From positions 1 through 62,167 of IMG/VR virus record IMGVR_UViG_3300037485_002384: a stretch of 62,167 nucleotides of DNA. The stretch is one strand, 5' to 3'. Positions 28,751 through 38,256 of this stretch are shown one piece after another (the first letter of the stretch is position 1; every line of letters begins with the position of its first letter). The notes beneath the pieces were generated by a model, which saw only the letters and a list, made by a program, of their open reading frames with translations, had not been told where the DNA came from and ran no database searches. The translations under genes and the position numbers were made by a program. Source of the DNA: a virus (taxonomy: Duplodnaviria; Caudoviricetes).

Positions 28751-30637
28751 ATGATTCAAATAATATTAATCTCTAATGGTATTCGCGTAGCTAATATAGA
28801 CTACCCTAATAATCATCTAGTATTTGGTATAGAAAGATCTATTTATATAGAAATTTTCGATTCAGGTAAAAAAGTTGTTTCAGCACCATATACAGAATTT
28901 TTAAATGAATTAAGTCAACCTTTCTTGACACCGGAAGCTGTTATAACAGCATTAGAATTATCTTATGTAGCAATTGGAGGTGGTGATGTAACTCAAGCTG
29001 AATTAGATTTAGAAATATCTGAAAGAACGGCTGCAGATATTGCAATAAATAACGATCTAACAATATTAAAAAATAATGAATACAAAATTACATATTATGA
29101 GATTGTGTCAGGAACAAGCGGAAGCCTCACAATCCCAACAAACTCAACCATTAACTCAGATGAGTTTGGTTTATCAGGTAATGCAATACTTTCAAAAATT
29201 GATGGCTCAAATAAGCCTATGTTTGAGAGCCCTAAAACGGTAGGTGGAGTTGTAGTAACAGCAACACTTAATCCTACTACAGGAGCATGGGTAGCATCAG
29301 GAATTTATACAGATGCAACTGTAGCTTTAATCTATTCTATTAAGATAAAGGCTGTCTATTACAGTAATTTAACTTATAGTAGAATAATAGAAACGGTAGA
29401 TTTAGGTAGCTCAGGCGTTCAATCAGTAACAGGCGCACAAGTAGATAATACAGACCCTTTAAATCCGGTTGTAAACAAACAAACTAATTTAGTAAGTATA
29501 GATGATAATACTTTTGTTTCAGTAAATAATAATTTAATTGAAATAAAGGCAGATGATGGATCTGATGCAATTGCTATTGGAGTAACTCCAACCACTTTCA
29601 CTAAAAACGGTGTAGAGATTGCAACAATTAATGATATACCTTCGCTAACTGGGTATGAACAAACATCTAACAAAGCTACTGATTGGACTGTAATAAATGA
29701 CACGTTATATCCAACGGTTAAGAGTGTAGATACTCAGATTAAAGGTATTATTTCATCTTCATTATCATTTTTCTTTTATAAAACTGCTTCTGATATTGGA
29801 ACGTATTATAAAATGTTACAAACTCCTAGTACGGGTGGTGCGCAAACGATAACGGTAATTAACACAACTGGAACGACATCATTAGGTAAATTCATTACCG
29901 AACTAGGTTCACCTAACAAATTATACATCCCAGTTGGCTGGAATCGTATTCATATACATGCATCAAAAACAGGAGCTGGTAATGTTACATTATTTGGTAA
30001 AATATATAAACGTAATTTAGCTGGAACAGAAACATTATTATTTACAACTGTTCCGACTGTAACTAATTTAACGACTTCGCCTTTAGAATATAATTTAGAA
30101 TACTATAATACTTCAATTGTAACATTATTATCAACTGATAGAATTATATTTGAGCCATTAAGTATAACCGCTAGTGGTTCTCCTGATGTAATACTTACTA
30201 TTGAAGATGCTACTTTGGGCCGTATTGATATGCCTGGAGCTACTCAAGATTTAAGTAATTTGGTTCCTTATACCGGTGCGACTTCAAACGTTAATCTTGG
30301 AAATTATAATTTATCTTCAAAGAATTTAATAACTCCAAAAAATTCTCAAACAAATACGCTAACAACTTATACGATTGATTTAAGTTTATCAAATATTATT
30401 TTGTTTACCGCTTCTTCAAATTGTGTTTTAAGTTTTTCAAATGCTATTCAGGGTCAATATACAATCATAATTGATAATAGTGGACTTTATACCTTGACAC
30501 TTGCATTAACGGCTGGTTGGTACACAAATTTAGCTGCACAGCCAAATTTAACCGGATTAGTTTATATTACTTGTGTGTATGATGGAGCAAGGTTATTTAT
30601 AAATGAAATAGAAAGCATGCAACAAGTAATTTTATAA
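28751..30637 (+). CDS. fibre-like structural protein
   Basis: Thr/Ser/Gly-rich; VQSVTG..VDNTDP.NPVV and VPYTGATSNVNLG fibre motifs. Confidence 0.6.
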   Translation: MIQIILISNGIRVANIDYPNNHLVFGIERSIYIEIFDSGKKVVSAPYTEFLNELSQPFLTPEAVITALELSYVAIGGGDVTQAELDLEISERTAADIAINNDLTILKNNEYKITYYEIVSGTSGSLTIPTNSTINSDEFGLSGNAILSKIDGSNKPMFESPKTVGGVVVTATLNPTTGAWVASGIYTDATVALIYSIKIKAVYYSNLTYSRIIETVDLGSSGVQSVTGAQVDNTDPLNPVVNKQTNLVSIDDNTFVSVNNNLIEIKADDGSDAIAIGVTPTTFTKNGVEIATINDIPSLTGYEQTSNKATDWTVINDTLYPTVKSVDTQIKGIISSSLSFFFYKTASDIGTYYKMLQTPSTGGAQTITVINTTGTTSLGKFITELGSPNKLYIPVGWNRIHIHASKTGAGNVTLFGKIYKRNLAGTETLLFTTVPTVTNLTTSPLEYNLEYYNTSIVTLLSTDRIIFEPLSITASGSPDVILTIEDATLGRIDMPGATQDLSNLVPYTGATSNVNLGNYNLSSKNLITPKNSQTNTLTTYTIDLSLSNIILFTASSNCVLSFSNAIQGQYTIIIDNSGLYTLTLALTAGWYTNLAAQPNLTGLVYITCVYDGARLFINEIESMQQVIL

Positions 30638-32094
30638 TGAAAATAAAAAATTTAATAAGAACTGGATTAATTACTAATTATGATTTTGGAAATTGTAGAA
30701 GTTCCAAGTTAGGGTCAATAGCCGTAAATGATTTATTTGATTCGCATCATTCAACTATTTATGGCGGTACTATAAATACTAATTTAGGCGGTTCAATTAC
30801 TTTAAATGGAACAAGTGATTATATAAATGTAGATATTCCTTATGCGTTAGTTAGTGCAACAAATTCATTAACGATTAATATGTGGGTTAAATGTGTGGTT
30901 GGAGCAACTGATCAAACATTTTTAAATGATAGACCTGAAAATGCAACAAACGGTTTTTTAAATATTTATAGACTTGCATCAACTGATAATCTTTATTTTA
31001 GATACGCAGCTGGAGCAGCAACAAGAACGATTGCCGTTGCTGGTTTTTTTACTGGTTATGACGATAAGTGGTTAAATTTAACCGTAACGGTTGATTTCAC
31101 CGCAAAAAATGTAACTATATATAGAAATGGAAATATACTAAGCAATCAAATTTCATCATTTACAATGGCTTTTCCAGCATCTTTATCTTCAAAATATATT
31201 GGTAGAACACAAACAAATTTAAATTTTTTAAACGGAAGTATAAGTCAATTTCAAATTTATGATTATAAACAAACTTCTGATGAAGTGTTGTATAATTATA
31301 ATGCTTTAAAATATAGAAATAAACTAAATGATAGTGATGCTAATTATTTTATAACACAATCCGGATTAACTAATCCAATTCATATAAATGCAATACAGAA
31401 CCTTGTACAAGATTTAAAGAATTATAATTTATACGCAAGAATAAAGGCATTATATCCGTTTGTAGGAGGAACCGCAACAAGTCATAAATTCAATCTAATT
31501 AATCCAAATGATACTGATGCTGCTTTTAGATTATTGTTTGCTGGTGGTATTATACACGATTCAAACGGTGTTACTTTTGACGGAATAAATGGATATGCAA
31601 ATACCTTTTTAAATCCAAATCCAATTATTACATTAAATAAAGAAACACTTGCATTATATTCAAGAACTTCTTCAGATGGTGGCACTGGGGTTGATATGGG
31701 TGCCGCTACTAATACCAACGTAAGAAATCAAATACAAATTAGAACTAACACTAATGAAATCACTGCTCATATTAATAGTACAACGGGCGGTTCGTTATCA
31801 ATTTCTGGTATTATAGATGGTAGTGGGTTTTTTATGTCAAGTAGACAAACAAGTACAGATTTAAGAACATATATAAATGGGATTCAAGTTGGATTATCAA
31901 CAATTTTAAATAACGGAATACGTTGTACTATTCCAATCTATATAGGGGCAAGAAATGTGGCGAATGTTTCAGGTTCTTTTGTTAATAAAAACTTTGCTAT
32001 AGCCGTAATAGCAGCAGAATACACGCCAGAAGAAGCGAAAATATTTTACAACATAGTTCAAAAATATCAAACATTATTAGGTAGACAAGTATAA
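30637..32094 (+). CDS. LamG/ConA-like lectin-domain structural protein
   Basis: LNGTSDYI, TINMWVK, IYRNG, FLNGSISQFQIY; second domain with YPFVGGTA..HKFNL. Confidence 0.7.
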   Translation: MKIKNLIRTGLITNYDFGNCRSSKLGSIAVNDLFDSHHSTIYGGTINTNLGGSITLNGTSDYINVDIPYALVSATNSLTINMWVKCVVGATDQTFLNDRPENATNGFLNIYRLASTDNLYFRYAAGAATRTIAVAGFFTGYDDKWLNLTVTVDFTAKNVTIYRNGNILSNQISSFTMAFPASLSSKYIGRTQTNLNFLNGSISQFQIYDYKQTSDEVLYNYNALKYRNKLNDSDANYFITQSGLTNPIHINAIQNLVQDLKNYNLYARIKALYPFVGGTATSHKFNLINPNDTDAAFRLLFAGGIIHDSNGVTFDGINGYANTFLNPNPIITLNKETLALYSRTSSDGGTGVDMGAATNTNVRNQIQIRTNTNEITAHINSTTGGSLSISGIIDGSGFFMSSRQTSTDLRTYINGIQVGLSTILNNGIRCTIPIYIGARNVANVSGSFVNKNFAIAVIAAEYTPEEAKIFYNIVQKYQTLLGRQV

Positions 32095-32369
32095 TGAAAG
32101 TAGGAAAACTAACAACTGAACAAAAGGATTTATTAATCGGAAAAGAATTTTCGGTTGATTCTTTTTTTAATCCAATTCAAGATTTAAATAACAATTGGGT
32201 AATTTCAAAACAAGAAATGGATTCAAAAAAATTTGATTGGTTAAAAGATTTAGAAATAATTGAATATGAAATAAAACCTTTTATCGAATTTCAAGATGAA
32301 CCAAATATTGAAACGATTATTGAAGAAGAAGTAATAAAAAACGATTTTATTGATGTGGATAATTTGTAA
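32094..32369 (+). CDS. small protein accompanying the lectin gene
   Basis: TAATG coupling; FFNPIQD.NNNWVIS. Confidence 0.6.
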   Translation: MKVGKLTTEQKDLLIGKEFSVDSFFNPIQDLNNNWVISKQEMDSKKFDWLKDLEIIEYEIKPFIEFQDEPNIETIIEEEVIKNDFIDVDNL

Positions 32370-32444
32370 TAGTAGTTTTTATGATTAAGTGAGTATTATA
32401 ATTAAATCAGTTTAAATAAAATATAATTTTATTATCTTTACAAA

Positions 32445-33938
32445 ATGGAAACAAATTCAATATCTAATTTCTTTAAACCGTACACTGATTATATAAAAAA
32501 AATATTATCAAATCCAAAATCAATTGGTGTTGATATGAAATATACTAAGGAGGATTTTGATAAAAATATTGAGCTAGTAAAATCAGCATTCAATAATGAA
32601 TTAATAGATCTTAATGAGTATAATCAGAAGATAAATATCATAAAATCTGACTATGATACTATTAATGAAAAAAGCCAAAGTTATGCTGATGCAATAATAA
32701 GAGATAGTAAAGGAGCAATACTTTTACTTAGAAGAGCTATAACAGATGATTTCCACCCTGATTGTTGGAGTTTACCAGGTGGTAAGATAGAAAATAATGA
32801 ATCACCTTCAAATGCAGTTATCAGAGAAGTTAAAGAAGAAACTAATTTAAAGGTGAAAAGTCCTACTCTTTTATTAGAAAAGAAAATAAAAGGAGGTTCT
32901 ATATTTTATTTTAAATGTGAAGTTGATGATTTATCTAATATCATTTTAGATAATGATGAGCATATTTCTTATGAATTTAAAACAGAAGAGGACTACTCTC
33001 AAATGAATTTGATTTTAGATTTAAATCAAACTTTAAATGATATTGAAGTTGCTGAGTATAATAATAGAGATGTTAAATTAGATCTATTCCCAACATTTGG
33101 AGATGACAAGTCAAAGTATTCTAATATTATTGAAGAGATAGCAAACATACACCCCATTAGTAAAGATATTTTTATGTTGACTTTATTTTCTGAAGGTGGT
33201 ATTGATGTAGATGATTATGTTGATTATATTGAAAAGGCCCATAAGGATGATACTCATAAAGATAAGCTTATAAAATTGAATGGTAAAGACACCAATAAGG
33301 TTAATGTTGTAAAATGGACTAGTAAAGATGAGTTAAAAAAGTTAGCAAAGCATGCTAAAAATGCATCACATAAAGATCTTGAAACTGCCATAAAAGAATC
33401 AGCCCACCCTCAACTTAGAGAGCATGCCCATAAGGAAATAAAAAGAAGGGAATCTGAAGAAAAAATTCAAGAAGAAAAAGATGGTTATGAAGGTCATGAG
33501 TATCATGGTAAAGATTTTAAATACTCTTCTAAAGACAACAAGCATTTAGATGAAGATGGTAATGAGGCAAATCCGGCTAAATTATACCAGTATTATGATC
33601 AAAGACATAAAGAACAGGATAATCAATTAAAGCAGTTAAATGCTGATCTTGATGGGTCAATAAAACAAAAACAAGCACTTGGGAATAAATTGAAAACAGC
33701 TTATTATCAAAAAATAAATAAAACGAGATTTGCAGGTGATGAAGAGTCTTGTTATAAAACAGCTATATCTAAACTAGAAAAAATGGGCATGACAGAAGTT
33801 GATATAGAACCTGTAAAAATAAAAAAGATAATAAGTAAAAAATTAAATATTAAAAAATCAGAAGATATTGAGGTTGTTGGTGAAAATGCTTCTGATAAAG
33901 CAAAAAGATTAATAAACGAATTTGAAAACAATAAATAG
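32445..33938 (+). CDS. Nudix hydrolase domain fused to head-protein-like segments
   Basis: Nudix box GGKIENNESPSNAVIREVKEETNL; flanking LVKS, IIKS, NEKS, IEKA, IKKS sites. Confidence 0.8.
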   Translation: METNSISNFFKPYTDYIKKILSNPKSIGVDMKYTKEDFDKNIELVKSAFNNELIDLNEYNQKINIIKSDYDTINEKSQSYADAIIRDSKGAILLLRRAITDDFHPDCWSLPGGKIENNESPSNAVIREVKEETNLKVKSPTLLLEKKIKGGSIFYFKCEVDDLSNIILDNDEHISYEFKTEEDYSQMNLILDLNQTLNDIEVAEYNNRDVKLDLFPTFGDDKSKYSNIIEEIANIHPISKDIFMLTLFSEGGIDVDDYVDYIEKAHKDDTHKDKLIKLNGKDTNKVNVVKWTSKDELKKLAKHAKNASHKDLETAIKESAHPQLREHAHKEIKRRESEEKIQEEKDGYEGHEYHGKDFKYSSKDNKHLDEDGNEANPAKLYQYYDQRHKEQDNQLKQLNADLDGSIKQKQALGNKLKTAYYQKINKTRFAGDEESCYKTAISKLEKMGMTEVDIEPVKIKKIISKKLNIKKSEDIEVVGENASDKAKRLINEFENNK

Positions 33939-33943
33939 AAGAT

Positions 33944-34438
33944 ATGAAACCATTTGAATTAAACCACCCTATTGTATCATTATTATTACCTAGATTAAAA
34001 GATGAATTTGATGCTTCTTTTTTCTATAGAGCAGCATCAAACTGGTGTGCTAATAAAGGATATACTAATGCTGCAATTTTCTTTTCAAAAGAAAGTGAAG
34101 ATGAATTATTACATGCAAAAGGTATTGAAGATTTTTTAATACAATGGAATGTATTACCAACTTTACCTGCAATACAAAAGCCGGAAATATCATTTAATAA
34201 CTTACCTGATATAATAAATCAAGCTTATTCAATAGAATATGATTTATACCGTAACTATAATGATACAAGTTCTAAAGTATTACCTTTAGATTTAAGTGTA
34301 TTTGATTTTCTTTCAAAATATAGAGATATTCAAACAAAATCTGTAGCAGAATATAGTGATATGTTAAATCAATTAGCACTTATTGACTCTTCAGATAAAT
34401 TCCAATTATTTTATTGGGAAAAAGAAAATTTTAAATAA
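33944..34438 (+). CDS. ftn: ferritin-like protein
   Basis: EFDASFFY..ASNW, G..AAIFF..ESEDELLHA, AYSIEY, FL..Y..IQ ferroxidase pattern. Confidence 0.85.
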   Translation: MKPFELNHPIVSLLLPRLKDEFDASFFYRAASNWCANKGYTNAAIFFSKESEDELLHAKGIEDFLIQWNVLPTLPAIQKPEISFNNLPDIINQAYSIEYDLYRNYNDTSSKVLPLDLSVFDFLSKYRDIQTKSVAEYSDMLNQLALIDSSDKFQLFYWEKENFK

Positions 34439-34531
34439 ATTTGTATAGTTGGGAAAAAAATATTAATTTTACCAAATAGGATTTCATATCCTTTGATAAT
34501 CGTTTTACTGAATTGCTAAATTCTCACAAAG

Positions 34532-36031
34532 GTGAACGATAATAAATTCCGTTTTTTTGTACCATGCGACCTTGAAAAAGCTTCAAACACAGAAGGTGTT
34601 GAAGTTATGCGTGTTAAAGGTATAGCATCAACAGCTAATAAGGATTCTCAAGATGAGGCTCTAGACCCTTCAGGTATGGATTTGAAAGATTTCAAATGGA
34701 TAAATTATAATCATCATGGTAGTAAGGACCCTGCAACTATTATAGGTGAACCTACAAAAGCTGAAGTTACAAAAGATAACGAATTATATATTGAAGGGAT
34801 TCTTTACCCGGAAGTGCCAATGGCAAAGACTGTTTTTAGTCTTATGAAAGCCTTAAAAAACTCTCCAAGTGGTAATAAGTTGTGTTTATCTGTAGAAGGT
34901 AAAGTAACTAAAAGAGGTTCTGATGATAAAAATCACCCATTATATGGTAAGATATTAAAAAGTAAAATAACTGGAGTTGCTATATGTCCTGTACCTGTTA
35001 ACGGTGATACCTGGGTTGACTTTATTCAAAAAGGATATACCAATGATAATGATTCTACTTATGATGATGAAACTACAACTGCTATAAATCATGCTAATGA
35101 TGAAGATAACAGTGGTACTATAGTAGTATTAAGAAAAAGTGAAATTTTCGAAAAAATTTACGATAAATTTCCTGAAATAACAATAGAAAAAGCAAAATCG
35201 GTATATTCATTAATTGAAAAAACAACAAACGCAATGAACAAAGGAGATAACACTGTTTCTAAGGAAACTATAGAAAAAGCTTTCGAAATCCTTGAATTAG
35301 CAACATCTACAACAGGTGTAATTAAAAAAGGTGAAACATCAGAAAAACCTGAAGAGGATGAAGATGATGAAGATGAAAAAGAAATGGTAGCTAAAGCCAA
35401 TGGTATTTATAAAGCTATGTGTAGTGAAAGTAAAGATGATGAGTCTATAAAAGCTACATTAGTTAAAAAGGGTTATGGTGAGAAAGTAATCACAAAGGCA
35501 ATGAGTAAAGATGCTTCTGTTAAAAATGATGGTTTAACTAAATCTGAAGTATCTGATTTAATAAAATCACATACTGACTCTATCACCAAGGCATTTGATG
35601 ATAAAATGACCGCTGTAGGGGTTGTATTAAAAAACAGTTTAGAAGAAAATGGTGATCTTCAAAAATCATTAGAAGATTCATTAGCTAAAAATGCAGAAAT
35701 GACTGCAAAAAACGAAGAATTAGTTAGTAAAATGGATTCTTTTTTAAAGACATCAGTAGGTTCTAAATCAATGATATCTAAATCATATTCAGATAAATTT
35801 GGGTCTGATGAGTCTGCAGGTGGTAAAGCATCTTTGAAATACAACATTAATAATGTTAATGATAGAATTGCTTTAAAAGAAAGATTGACTGAGATGTCAG
35901 GTATTAGAAAAGGTGAAAATTATGATCAAAGACTAGTTGGTTTTGCTCAAGAAATTGAGATGGTGAAGGACTTAACTGATCAATCAATCAACTTATTAAA
36001 AGCAATGGATATCGAAGTTTTAAGAGCTTAA
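34532..36031 (+). CDS. prohead protease fused to C-terminal scaffold (GTG start)
   Basis: VKGIAST..D.Q.E, YNHH, IIGEP, LSVEG, VAICPVPVN; acidic coiled-coil C-half; precedes capsid. Confidence 0.88.
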   Translation: MNDNKFRFFVPCDLEKASNTEGVEVMRVKGIASTANKDSQDEALDPSGMDLKDFKWINYNHHGSKDPATIIGEPTKAEVTKDNELYIEGILYPEVPMAKTVFSLMKALKNSPSGNKLCLSVEGKVTKRGSDDKNHPLYGKILKSKITGVAICPVPVNGDTWVDFIQKGYTNDNDSTYDDETTTAINHANDEDNSGTIVVLRKSEIFEKIYDKFPEITIEKAKSVYSLIEKTTNAMNKGDNTVSKETIEKAFEILELATSTTGVIKKGETSEKPEEDEDDEDEKEMVAKANGIYKAMCSESKDDESIKATLVKKGYGEKVITKAMSKDASVKNDGLTKSEVSDLIKSHTDSITKAFDDKMTAVGVVLKNSLEENGDLQKSLEDSLAKNAEMTAKNEELVSKMDSFLKTSVGSKSMISKSYSDKFGSDESAGGKASLKYNINNVNDRIALKERLTEMSGIRKGENYDQRLVGFAQEIEMVKDLTDQSINLLKAMDIEVLRA

Positions 36032-36085
36032 TATATTCTTGATAATCGGAAATATAATCGGATAAACAGAAAACTATAAAATCAA

Positions 36086-37549
36086 ATGAATAATTTAAAC
36101 GATTTTCAAGAAGGATTCTTAGGTGGCCAACAAGATGGTGCTATGGAATTATTAAAAGCTATGCAAGCCGGTGCTATCACAGGTCGTGACACAGCTAACC
36201 AAACATTAACAATGGAACCTCTTAAAGCTGAAAGCTTAGAGACTACTTTGAAAGTTTTGGAATACCGTCAAAAAGATATCAAATTATTGAATCGTATGCC
36301 TAAATTAACGGCTTACAATACAGTAGAAGAATTCTTACAATTACAATCTTATGGTATTGACCGAGGTGGTTTCTACAATGAAGGTGAATTGTCTGATACT
36401 GAAGATTCTCAATATGTAAGACGTGCAGAAAAAATCAAGTACTTACAAATCACTGGTGAGGTGACTATGCAAGCACAAATGGTTCGTTCTTATGTTCAAG
36501 CAATGACTAAGGAAGTTGAGAACAAAGCAATGTGGATTACTCGTAAAGCAAATATTGCTATGACAAAAGGTAATTCTGATATCATTCCTCAAGAATGGAA
36601 CGGTTTATACAAACAACATGCTAACATCGGTGTATCTGATGGTGATTTATACACTTCATTAGAAGCATATCACAACTCTACTGTTGTTATTGATTTAAGA
36701 GGTAAATCTTTAAAACAATCACATGTTGAAGATGGAGCTGTAGCAGTAGATGCTAATTACGGTAATGTAAGTGATTTATTTGCACCTACAGCTGTTATCT
36801 CAGCATTGTCTAAGGACTACTATGAGAAACAACGTATCTTGCAAAACGGTAGTGCAGAGCAATACACTTATGGAACAATTCCTAAAGCTATTTCTACTAC
36901 ATTAGGTGATGTTGCTTTAATGACAGACAAGTTTATGGCTACTTCTCGTGGGTGGGCATTAACTGAAAAAATGGCTGACCCTAAAGCACCTTCTGCACCT
37001 ACAGCTGGAGCTAATCCTGCATTAGCAGTTGATTCTCTTTCTAAATTCCAAGCAAATGAAACTGGAGCTATTCGTTATGCAGTGTCTTCTGTAAATCGTT
37101 TTGGTGAATCAGCTTTGACTTTATTAGGTGCAGCTGATATTACGGTAACAGTTGGTGATGCAATTGACTTGACATTTACAGCAACGGCTGGATCTCAAGT
37201 AGCAACTGGATATAAAATTTACCGTACTAAGCCAGGAGTACCTTATACAGGTGTGTTCTACCCTATTATCGATATATCTACAGCACAATTAGCTGCAGGT
37301 TATGATGGAGCTGCTGCATTATCTGTTCGTGATCGTGGTCGTATTTTACCGGATACTGATTCAGCTTTCATTACTGAAATGGTTGATGATGTATTATCAT
37401 TCAAACAATTGGCACCTATCTCTAAATTAGATTTAGCAGTGATCTCTATGTCTCGTAGATTTATTACATTTATGTTTGCAACTCCACAATTATATACTCC
37501 TAAAAAGATTGTAAAATATGTGAACTGCGCTCGTACTTATGTAGCATAA
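36086..37549 (+). CDS. major capsid protein
   Basis: 487 aa after protease; N-terminus resembles A511/K-type capsids (ELLKA..G...LKAESLETTLKVL); followed by terminator. Confidence 0.9.
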   Translation: MNNLNDFQEGFLGGQQDGAMELLKAMQAGAITGRDTANQTLTMEPLKAESLETTLKVLEYRQKDIKLLNRMPKLTAYNTVEEFLQLQSYGIDRGGFYNEGELSDTEDSQYVRRAEKIKYLQITGEVTMQAQMVRSYVQAMTKEVENKAMWITRKANIAMTKGNSDIIPQEWNGLYKQHANIGVSDGDLYTSLEAYHNSTVVIDLRGKSLKQSHVEDGAVAVDANYGNVSDLFAPTAVISALSKDYYEKQRILQNGSAEQYTYGTIPKAISTTLGDVALMTDKFMATSRGWALTEKMADPKAPSAPTAGANPALAVDSLSKFQANETGAIRYAVSSVNRFGESALTLLGAADITVTVGDAIDLTFTATAGSQVATGYKIYRTKPGVPYTGVFYPIIDISTAQLAAGYDGAAALSVRDRGRILPDTDSAFITEMVDDVLSFKQLAPISKLDLAVISMSRRFITFMFATPQLYTPKKIVKYVNCARTYVA

Positions 37550-37568
37550 TCTATATAAATTTATATAT

Positions 37569-37602
37569 AAAGGGACTTCTAGAAATAGAGGTCCTTTTTT
37601 TT
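37569..37602 (+). terminator. intrinsic terminator
   Basis: AAAGGGACTTCTA-GAAA-TAGAGGTCCTTT plus T run. Confidence 0.9.
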
Positions 37603-37690
37603 GTTATATAAAACTATTGTAAAATCAAAAAATAATACTTAATTTTATAATCTAATAATTAAAAATTTAAATTTAAAAAAAAAGAACAGT

Positions 37691-37882
37691 ATGGAAAAGG
37701 GAGTAGTAAAATTTTACAACAAGGAAAAAGGATTTGGATTTATCAAATCAGAAAATCACACAGAAGATATTTTTGTGCATGCCACAGGTTTAAATCAAGA
37801 TATATCTGAAAAAGATGAAGTTACTTTTGACACCCAAGATGGTAAAAAAGGTTTAAATGCAATCAATGTATCTTTAGTTTAA
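37691..37882 (+). CDS. cspA: cold-shock domain protein
   Basis: KGFGFI (RNP1), DIFVH (RNP2), 63 aa; own promoter TTG 37617 / TAATTTTA 37640-37647. Confidence 0.92.
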   Translation: MEKGVVKFYNKEKGFGFIKSENHTEDIFVHATGLNQDISEKDEVTFDTQDGKKGLNAINVSLV

Positions 37883-37902
37883 TAATTTAAAAGTAAAAAA
37901 AA

Positions 37903-38253
37903 ATGAGTAAAGTAAAATTATTTTCAGGGGATAAATCTACATTAGGTAGACCGTATACATTACCAGTGGTAGGTGATGTAACATTTAGTGATGATGATAA
38001 CTCTATAGAGGTTGATTCTGATAAGGTTGATTTACTTTTAGATAAAGATTTTGGTATAAAATTATCTCCAGCTAAGGACGAGGATTTTAAAACTAAAAAA
38101 GAAATAAGTAGTGAAGCTAATGTAAAAATGCTTAAAGGCCTGGATGAGTCTGAGATAAATAGCTTATTAACACCGTACCCAGAGAAGATTGTCAGAAATC
38201 TAAAATCATTAGATCAAAAAATCGATTATCTTGCAAAAGAAATGTTGAAATAA
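37903..38253 (+). CDS. hypothetical virion-module protein
   Basis: Position between capsid and neck genes. Confidence 0.6.
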   Translation: MSKVKLFSGDKSTLGRPYTLPVVGDVTFSDDDNSIEVDSDKVDLLLDKDFGIKLSPAKDEDFKTKKEISSEANVKMLKGLDESEINSLLTPYPEKIVRNLKSLDQKIDYLAKEMLK

Positions 38254-38256
38254 AAA

